From an uncultured Gammaproteobacteria bacterium (GTDB lineage: Bacteria > Patescibacteriota > Patescibacteriia > Patescibacteriales > UBA12465), in assembly GCA_964588465.1 (NCBI GenBank), contig CAZPPL010000001.1:50782-114781 (forward strand): a stretch of DNA of 64,000 nucleotides. The letters run 5' to 3'. The first letter of the stretch is position 1, and the number at the start of each line of letters is the position of its first letter. Below, piece after piece: positions 57,667 through 64,000 of the stretch. A model generated the notes under the pieces. The model did no database searches, had not been told where the DNA came from, and saw only the letters and a program-made list of their open reading frames with translations. A program made the translations under genes and the position numbers.

Positions 57667-58365
57667 TTAATTTGATAATTTTTTAATTAAAACTACAAAC
57701 TCTCCTTTTAAATTATTAGCATCTTTTAGCAACTCTTTCAAGACCTCATCAGTTGAACCACTATAGAAACTTTCATGTAGTTTGGTCAGCTCTCGAGCTA
57801 CTCTCACTTCTAAAGATGACTTCAGACCTTCACTCATCACAATAAGTTCTTGCAAAAGTTTAACTAAACGGTGTTTAGATTCATAAACTATTACGGGGTA
57901 TGAACTATCTATAATCTCTTTCAGTTTGGTCTGCCTACCTTTTTTATGAGGCAGAAAACCTAAAAATAAAAAATGTTCAAATCCCAGACCAGCGATAGAA
58001 AGAGCTGAAGCTAGAGCCGAAGTCCCAGGAATACTCTCAATTAAAACCTGTTTCCCAAATTCTTTACGTACTAAAGAAACTAATTTAGAACCCGGATCTG
58101 ATAAACCCGGAGTACCGGCATCACTCACTAAGGCTAAATTCTTTCCTGATCGTAACAGGCTCATGATTTTAGTTAATTTTAAATTATTAGAATGCTGATG
58201 ATAAGATATACTGGGAGTATTTATCTTATAATGAGTCAATAAACGTTTAGTCACCCGGGTATCTTCGCATAAAATAATATCCGCCTCTTTTAAAACACGT
58301 AAAGCTCGTAAAGTTATATCTTCTAAATTACCTATGGGAGTAGCTACTATCCTTAAAATACTCAT
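57667..58365 (-). CDS. rsmI: 16S rRNA (cytidine1402-2'-O)-methyltransferase
   Basis: Tetrapyrrole-methylase-fold N-terminus (ILRIVATPIGNLEDITLRALRVLKEADIILCEDTR); 232 aa. Confidence 0.85.
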   Translation of the reverse strand: MSILRIVATPIGNLEDITLRALRVLKEADIILCEDTRVTKRLLTHYKINTPSISYHQHSNNLKLTKIMSLLRSGKNLALVSDAGTPGLSDPGSKLVSLVRKEFGKQVLIESIPGTSALASALSIAGLGFEHFLFLGFLPHKKGRQTKLKEIIDSSYPVIVYESKHRLVKLLQELIVMSEGLKSSLEVRVARELTKLHESFYSGSTDEVLKELLKDANNLKGEFVVLIKKLSN

Positions 58366-58383
58366 ATTAAATACTAATAGATA

Positions 58384-60108
58384 TTAAATATTTTCTCGCC
58401 GTTCACGGACATATTTAGTCCAATCATCAGCTATTTCTACTAAAAGTTTAAAGGGAGACTCAATGATAAAATCAAAAAAGAAAATAAAAATATTAATTTT
58501 AGAAAAATTACTAGAAAGCCAGCGACCTACCAGAATCATGGGCATATAGAATAAATCTAGAAAAAAGGTAAGAATATTCTCTTTACGCTCTACCACTATT
58601 AATTCTTTAACATCGGCCGTGGTCCGCACTCCAAAAAAACTAACCAGGGCTAAAAAGAATAAAAATATAATAATACTTATCCAGGTAAAGTTCATCTTAT
58701 TTAATACCAATACAATATAATAAATAGATACTAAAAAGGCGGCTACATAAATTAGTCTGAATAATCCATCTTTTAGCCAATTACGTCGATGCGGACGGCG
58801 CAAAACTATAGCTTTCTTCCTAGCTTCCTTAACAAAGCTCATCTCTTTAATACCTTCCACAATCTTTATAGTATTTTTTTCGCTAGGACGTCTAGTCAAT
58901 AAGACAATAACGAATAAAAGCAATACTGGAAAAGATATGTTTATAGCTAAAGTAATTATATTCAAAGGTTCGCCTAAAAATTTAATAGCCGGAACTTCAA
59001 TTAAAATAACAAAAATTGATTTAGTCAAAAAGATATAAATAAGACTACGCACTGCTACTCGCCATAAACGTTTTTTAGCCTTTTCATATTTTTTAATACA
59101 AACCTTGCGGATCATGGACACAAAATTCCTTTCATCCTTTTGTAGCTCATTATAGACTTTAACTGGATTAGTAGTAATGGTTTCCACTAAAATAGAAGCA
59201 TACAAAGAATTAGCACGGATAATTTTATCTAATTGTTTACCAATGGGAAGTTTAATTTGATCTTCAACTACTTTTTTTAATTTAGAAAAACCTTCGGCAA
59301 TAATTTTTATCCTTTGAAAATCTTCTTTATTTAGAACCTCTCGTAAGTTAAGACCCAACCAGCTGGGATTATAATATTTGAACAAAGTAAAGGCTAGCAT
59401 GTCGGCATCAAACTTTAAAAAATTGCGATTGATACTCAAATAAATCTGTAAATCTAACTCGGATTTATTAAGTAAACCTGATGGTGCTTGAATCTTTTTA
59501 GATAATACTTCAAAAAGATTTTTAACAATAATTTGTTTAACCTGATTAGGAGCTAAATTCTCTTCAATTTCACAAGCAGCTAGAGTAAGTAGCCAATGAA
59601 TCAAACTATTTTTTTTATTAATCAGATCTTTAGCTTTATTAATATCCGCTCGAATGTTTAATTCAGCATTAATATTAGAAGAAATTTGATTCTTCAGCAC
59701 AATATATTTCTCCAACATAACGCTTAACTCTTGAATTTTAGTTTCGGGAATTTGATTATTAGATAAATAACTCCCCCTAATGAGTTCAATCAAAAGGTGT
59801 TCAGCAATTTTAGTACTGTCTACATCTTTTACAACCCCCTCAATTACAATTTGACGTCGTAAAATACGTGCAATAGCATTCTTGCGCAATAGGTGCTCTT
59901 CATCATAATCTACGGCATTTCTAATTTTTTCGTAAAAAAAAGACAAACCAGAAATTAGAGTAGAAACTTTAATACATGGAACATCTTCAATCCGCTCTTC
60001 AGATTTATTCTGTTCCGCATAAATTACTTGAAATAATCTTTTAGTATTTTCATTGACTTCTACCGGCTGATCGTCTTTAGAATGTTTGATTAAATTAGGA
60101 CTAACCAT
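58384..60108 (-). CDS. hypothetical membrane protein (574 aa; soluble N-terminal roughly 350 aa plus a C-terminal multi-TM region)
   Basis: No recognisable motif. Several hydrophobic helices in the C-terminal third. Confidence 0.4.
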   Translation of the reverse strand: MVSPNLIKHSKDDQPVEVNENTKRLFQVIYAEQNKSEERIEDVPCIKVSTLISGLSFFYEKIRNAVDYDEEHLLRKNAIARILRRQIVIEGVVKDVDSTKIAEHLLIELIRGSYLSNNQIPETKIQELSVMLEKYIVLKNQISSNINAELNIRADINKAKDLINKKNSLIHWLLTLAACEIEENLAPNQVKQIIVKNLFEVLSKKIQAPSGLLNKSELDLQIYLSINRNFLKFDADMLAFTLFKYYNPSWLGLNLREVLNKEDFQRIKIIAEGFSKLKKVVEDQIKLPIGKQLDKIIRANSLYASILVETITTNPVKVYNELQKDERNFVSMIRKVCIKKYEKAKKRLWRVAVRSLIYIFLTKSIFVILIEVPAIKFLGEPLNIITLAINISFPVLLLFVIVLLTRRPSEKNTIKIVEGIKEMSFVKEARKKAIVLRRPHRRNWLKDGLFRLIYVAAFLVSIYYIVLVLNKMNFTWISIIIFLFFLALVSFFGVRTTADVKELIVVERKENILTFFLDLFYMPMILVGRWLSSNFSKINIFIFFFDFIIESPFKLLVEIADDWTKYVRERRENI

Positions 60109-60228
60109 AAATAAACTATCAATTATAAAATATGAATTATAGATATTGACTCTATAATTGTATCGTGTTTACTGGTAAAAAGCAACTTTTGGAGTTAAAA
60201 AAATAAAATTATTAAAAAATACATACTC

Positions 60229-60257
60229 TTGACAAACTATAGCGGTTTTTGTATTAT
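60229..60257 (+). promoter_or_regulatory. sigma70-like promoter TTGACA-N17-TATTAT upstream of secE-nusG-rplK-rplA
   Basis: Consensus hexamers with a 17-nt spacer, 51 nt upstream of the secE ATG. Confidence 0.4.
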
Positions 60258-60307
60258 TTAGATAGATAAAAATTTGGCCTAGAAGGCTTTTTTTTAAATA
60301 TTAATAT

Positions 60308-60493
60308 ATGAACAAAATTATAAATTATCTTAAAGAATCTACCGAAGAGATGAAGAAAGTTACTTGGCCTACTAAAAAAGAGACCTACAACTACACTTGG
60401 TTAGTTATTGGTATTAGTATTGGAGTAGCAATATTCTTAGGAATCTTAGATTTTATTTTTACTCAAGGTTTCCAATTCATTATATACAAATAA
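60308..60493 (+). CDS. secE: preprotein translocase subunit SecE
   Basis: 61 aa with a single C-terminal TM segment and a conserved-looking KKVTWPTKKE region. Canonical position upstream of nusG. Confidence 0.75.
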   Translation: MNKIINYLKESTEEMKKVTWPTKKETYNYTWLVIGISIGVAIFLGILDFIFTQGFQFIIYK

Positions 60494-60531
60494 TAAATAT
60501 ATAAAACAGGATCATTTCTTATCAAAATTTT

Positions 60532-61077
60532 ATGGCTAAACAACTTTTAAACCAAGGCCGACGTTGGTATGTAATACATACTTATTCCGGCTATGAAGAA
60601 AATGTTACCCAAAATTTAAAACAAAGGGTAGAATCTTTGGATATGGAGGATAAAATTTTTAATATTCTAATTCCTACTGAGAAAAAGATTAAAATTAAAA
60701 ATGGAAAGCGTCGAGTGATAGAAGAAAAAATCTTTCCTGGTTATATTCTAGTAGAAATGGAAGTGACCGATGAATCTTGGTATATTGTACGTAATACTCC
60801 TAATGTTACCGGATTCATAGGGACTGGAACCATCCCCACCCCTATTAGTGAAGTAGAAATAAAATCTCTACAGAAAAGAATGGGAGTAGAAGATCCTAAA
60901 TTCCAGATTGATGTAGTAGTAGGTAGTCCAGTACATATTAATGAAGGTCCCTTTAAAAATATGGAAGGCAAGGTTACCGCTGTAGATGAAGCTAAGGGTA
61001 AAATTAAGGTTTCAGTTTCCATGTTTGGTCGGGAAACTCCGGTAGAATTAGACTTTCTACAAATTAAAAAATTATAA
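60532..61077 (+). CDS. nusG: transcription termination/antitermination factor NusG
   Basis: NGN domain (RRWYVIHTYSGYEENV...) and C-terminal KOW (GSPVHINEGPFKNMEGKV). Confidence 0.9.
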   Translation: MAKQLLNQGRRWYVIHTYSGYEENVTQNLKQRVESLDMEDKIFNILIPTEKKIKIKNGKRRVIEEKIFPGYILVEMEVTDESWYIVRNTPNVTGFIGTGTIPTPISEVEIKSLQKRMGVEDPKFQIDVVVGSPVHINEGPFKNMEGKVTAVDEAKGKIKVSVSMFGRETPVELDFLQIKKL

Positions 61078-61164
61078 AATCAAACAAAATATAAGATTGA
61101 AGATTATATAATTGGCTTCTAAATTTAATAATATTCAATCTGTAAAATCTAATTTAAAATTTAT

Positions 61165-61587
61165 ATGGCTAAAAAAATAAAAACTAAAATAAAATTACAA
61201 ATTCCTGGTGGTCAAGCTAATCCTGCCCCTCCAGTTGGTCCAGCTTTAGGTCAACATGGTCTTAACATCGCCCAATTCTGTAAAGAATTTAATGACAAAA
61301 CTAAAGACCATATTGGTGATATTATCCCCGTGGAAATTACTGTATATGAGGATCGTAGTTATGATTTTATCTTAAAAACTACACCAGCTGCCGAATTGAT
61401 AAAAAAGGCTGCGGGAATAAAAAAAGGATCTAGTAAGTCATTGCTGGAAAAAGTTGGAAAAATTAGTCCTAGTCAGCTAGAAGAGATAGCTAAAATAAAG
61501 ATGCCAGATTTAAATGCTAATGATATTGAAGCGGCTAAAAAAATTATTGCTGGCACAGTACGACAAATGGGAGTAGAAATTAAATAA
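61165..61587 (+). CDS. rplK: 50S ribosomal protein L11
   Basis: [26 protein letters not shown] and the C-terminal domain; 140 aa. Confidence 0.92.
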   Translation: MAKKIKTKIKLQIPGGQANPAPPVGPALGQHGLNIAQFCKEFNDKTKDHIGDIIPVEITVYEDRSYDFILKTTPAAELIKKAAGIKKGSSKSLLEKVGKISPSQLEEIAKIKMPDLNANDIEAAKKIIAGTVRQMGVEIK

Positions 61588-61650
61588 TTAACTCACAATT
61601 GTGGGAGTTTGTGAACTAAAAATTTCAAACGTTAACCACGACTAAATTAT

Positions 61651-62388
61651 ATGAATGCAAAAAATAGTAAACTAAAATTAAACACTAAAGATAAAGTAAA
61701 AAAAATACAAAAAACTAACAAAAAAATTGATTATTCTGCTATATATAATTCCAGTAAATCATATTCCGCTAAGGAAGCTTTAGAAATTGTTAAAAAACTA
61801 AACAAAGCTAAATTTGATGCTAGTGTAGAAATTCATTTTCGTTTAGGTATTGATGCTAAAAAAGGAGATCAACAAGTCAGAGGTGCGGTCAGTTTGCCAC
61901 ATGGTACTGGTAAAAATATCAAAATCGCTGCTTTTGTATCACCCGAGAATGAAGCTAGTGCTAAAGCGGCTGGTGCAGATTTAGTAGGTAGTGAGGATTT
62001 AATAAATGAAATTAAAAAAACTGAAAAAACTGATTTTCAAGTGGCTATTGCTGAACCAAGCTTGATGAGGAATTTAGCAGTAATCGCTAAAATATTAGGT
62101 ACTAGAGGACTAATGCCTTCACCAAAAAATGATACCATAACGGTTCATCCAGCAAAAACAATAGAAGAATTAAAGAAAGGTAAAATTAGTTTTAAAAATG
62201 ATGATACTGCTAATGTTCATGCCATTATTGGTAAAATAAGTTTTGATTCTAAAAAATTATTAGAAAACTACGAAGCTATACTTAATACAGTTAAAAAAGC
62301 TAGACCTAGTAGCACTAAGGGAACTTATATTAAAAATATAAGTCTATCTTCCTCTATGAGTCCAGGGGTTAGAGTTATTGCTTCTTAA
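61651..62388 (+). CDS. rplA: 50S ribosomal protein L1
   Basis: L1 motifs (FDASVEIHFRLGIDAKKGDQQVRG..LPHGTGK), 245 aa, N-terminal K-rich extension. Confidence 0.9.
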   Translation: MNAKNSKLKLNTKDKVKKIQKTNKKIDYSAIYNSSKSYSAKEALEIVKKLNKAKFDASVEIHFRLGIDAKKGDQQVRGAVSLPHGTGKNIKIAAFVSPENEASAKAAGADLVGSEDLINEIKKTEKTDFQVAIAEPSLMRNLAVIAKILGTRGLMPSPKNDTITVHPAKTIEELKKGKISFKNDDTANVHAIIGKISFDSKKLLENYEAILNTVKKARPSSTKGTYIKNISLSSSMSPGVRVIAS

Positions 62389-62425
62389 TAATACTTTAAT
62401 TCGTTCCCTTAAATATCTGTAAATA

Positions 62426-62455
62426 AAATACCTATCTTAAATAGGTATTTTATTT
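62426..62455. terminator. hairpin AAATACCTAT-CTTAA-ATAGGTATTT followed by T-rich sequence after rplA; convergent with the HD gene
   Basis: A 10-bp stem read directly from the sequence. Flanked by A-rich sequence 5' and T-rich sequence 3', so plausibly bidirectional. Confidence 0.5.
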
Positions 62456-62503
62456 ATAATACTAAAAAACAAAAGGAAACTGAGCAAACTATATAATTAA
62501 AGG

Positions 62504-63184
62504 CTAAAGTAAATCACTATTAATTTCTTGAGAAATCTCTTTTACTAAATTATGTTGAATTTTCATTTCCCTGTTAGCCATGGATTTGGCAACTGATAAA
62601 TTTAATTGCTGACCATCACCAAGTATATGTTCTTTTTTTAGAAATTCAATTGAATCTATTATAGATGATTTACTGAATTTGCCACAATAAAGAAAAACTT
62701 TAATAAAACCGGCTAAACCAATATCGGCAATTAAATCTGCATCTTGAAGAATTTTAAGTTCCAAGGATCTCACTTTAAGTTTATTCCCCCTTAAATTATG
62801 ATGTTCAATTAAATAAGCTACTTCTTCAATAAATTCTGGGGAATGCCCCAATTTTTTAAGAAATCTCTTGGCAATAGGAACCCCTAACTTGGGATGTCTA
62901 TACCATTCCTCAGAAGCATTCTCTAAAACATCATAGCTATTAAACACTTTAGAAGTTTTCAGTTTTATCTTCCCCACATCATGTAAAATAGCGGCAACTA
63001 ATACTTGTTCTTTCTTTACTGTCCTATTTAGTTTCTTAATAATCTCTCTGGCCGATTCATAAACTCTCAGCGTGTAATAGGTTTCATCAAAAGGACCATG
63101 TCTAAAATAATTTGTTTTATTAAACTTATCTCTAACAAACTGATATATTAACTTATAATCAGGTCGTTTATCTATTGAATTCAT
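62504..63184 (-). CDS. HD-domain metal-dependent phosphohydrolase
   Basis: His/Asp metal-ligand pattern H...HD...H...H...D with VAAILHDVGKI, IEHHN and DADLIADIG. Confidence 0.7.
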   Translation of the reverse strand: MNSIDKRPDYKLIYQFVRDKFNKTNYFRHGPFDETYYTLRVYESAREIIKKLNRTVKKEQVLVAAILHDVGKIKLKTSKVFNSYDVLENASEEWYRHPKLGVPIAKRFLKKLGHSPEFIEEVAYLIEHHNLRGNKLKVRSLELKILQDADLIADIGLAGFIKVFLYCGKFSKSSIIDSIEFLKKEHILGDGQQLNLSVAKSMANREMKIQHNLVKEISQEINSDLL

Positions 63185-63341
63185 ATTAATATTATTTAAA
63201 AAAATAGTATATAAAATCTACTTTCAATTAAAAAATTAAATTTTACTTAATGCTTAAGCATACGAAAAACTTCGCCGACTTTCTTTTTTATAAATTTAAT
63301 TTTTATTAAACCTTATATACTTTATTATTAGATATAATTTT

Positions 63342-63665
63342 TTATTTTTCTTTTTTTAGCCATTCTTTGCTTATCCATTTCTTATTAATTGCTTCTTCTA
63401 AATCAATACCTAGAAGCTGAGCATTAACCATTGCCATACCAACAACATCAGCGAGCTCTTTTGCCAATTCTCTCTTTGAAATGCTCTTCGCAACATATTT
63501 TTCTGGACGACTCTTTTTTCTATGAATCAAAACAGCTTGTGAAAATTCACCAACTTCCTCATATAATTTTATCAATGCGAAATCTTCGTCAATTTTTATA
63601 TTATATTTTTTACCATAACGAATAGCATTTTCTACTACTTTTTGTTGTATATCTTTAAATTTCAT
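63342..63665 (-). CDS. MazG-like all-alpha nucleotide pyrophosphohydrolase domain protein
   Basis: EEVGEF...AKELADVVGMAMVNAQLLGIDLEEAI matches the MazG/NTP-PPase EExxE...E..D metal-binding helix pattern; 107 aa. Confidence 0.55.
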   Translation of the reverse strand: MKFKDIQQKVVENAIRYGKKYNIKIDEDFALIKLYEEVGEFSQAVLIHRKKSRPEKYVAKSISKRELAKELADVVGMAMVNAQLLGIDLEEAINKKWISKEWLKKEK

Positions 63666-63792
63666 AAAAAAGAATTAAAAATTATTTCCGCTAACCTTTC
63701 GACATATCTAAAGTTGCGATAACAATTTAGGAGAATATTTTTCTAATAAAAGTGCAAACTAGATATACCGTGTTATGCGATGTTTTTTGTAA

Positions 63793-64000
63793 TTAATATA
63801 TATTATTTTCTGATTCAATATTGTTAAGACCTAAATCCCAAACATCTTTTCCTTTTTTCCAAACTTTGAATTTTTTATTCCAAATTGATTCATCAGTAAG
63901 TTCCCCTTTAAATAGAACTAAATCTTTGCTGGAAGGGTCCATTCTATACCAAATATTATTTAAATTTATCTCAACAATAGAGTGTGTATCATCATCTTCA
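63793..64000 (-). CDS. hypothetical protein, 5'-partial (the C-terminal 68 aa lie in the window)
   Basis: Open frame from the window edge to TAA at 63793-63795 (...WYRMDPSSKDLVLFKGELTDESIWNKKFKVWKKGKDVWDLGLNNIESENNIY*). Absent from the ORF track because it is truncated. Confidence 0.3.
   Translation of the reverse strand, partial: EDDDTHSIVEINLNNIWYRMDPSSKDLVLFKGELTDESIWNKKFKVWKKGKDVWDLGLNNIESENNIY

Noticed and set aside
1-64000. Alternative genetic code (UGA recoding as in Gracilibacteria/SR1), considered given the CPR-like content.
   Set aside because: Long housekeeping ORFs (uvrA, dnaX, the P-type ATPases, pyrG) are intact under the standard code without in-frame TGA, so standard code 11 fits.
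1-64000. Search for rRNA, tRNA, tmRNA, RNase P and SRP RNA genes in intergenic gaps.
   Set aside because: No gap is long enough for rRNA. I saw no tRNA-like acceptor or T-arm (GTTCGA) signatures or other conserved ncRNA motifs in the intergenic regions. None is called, although small ncRNAs cannot be excluded by eye.

Overview
The window is AT-rich (roughly 30% GC by eye) and gene-dense. It reads cleanly with the standard genetic code, and long ORFs such as uvrA, the P-type ATPases and dnaX are intact. The content looks like a small, reduced bacterial genome of the CPR/Patescibacteria type, though that assignment is inference. I found no rRNA, tRNA, CRISPR array or obvious mobile element.

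The backbone is housekeeping: a complete uvrB-GNAT-uvrA-uvrC excision-repair cluster, rplJ-rplL with its own promoter and leader, a separate secE-nusG-rplK-rplA block, gltX, serS, metG, dnaX, pyrG, alr, rpmA, rsmI and tsaC.

Accessory and envelope content is substantial: a cfa, cupin, beta-propeller and SPFH group; a polyprenyl-phosphate-type module (PAP2, GtrB-like GT2, membrane NodB deacetylase, DedA); two tandem P-type ATPases (a Ca2+-type P2 pump and a fungal/plant-type P3A proton pump) with a small membrane protein between them; and a MacAB-like tripartite efflux system with a MarR regulator.

Also accessory are a secreted-protein locus ending in an 828-aa protein with about seven BIG2-like tandem repeats, and a DUF4012 protein. 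There is a CorA-family channel whose GMN signature is replaced by AMR, and a GT26(TagA/WecG)-NUDIX fusion.

The most system-like candidate is a tightly coupled minus-strand operon: a 58-aa Pfu-type [4Fe-4S] ferredoxin (missed by the ORF track), a 161-aa unknown, and a membrane-anchored FtsK/HerA-superfamily VirB4/TrbE-like ATPase, running straight into dnaX.

Other candidates are a degenerate PP2C-like/TM/beta-propeller membrane protein, a 49-aa acidic internally repeated peptide with a C-terminal Cys, and an L27 with a roughly 57-aa lysine-rich tail.
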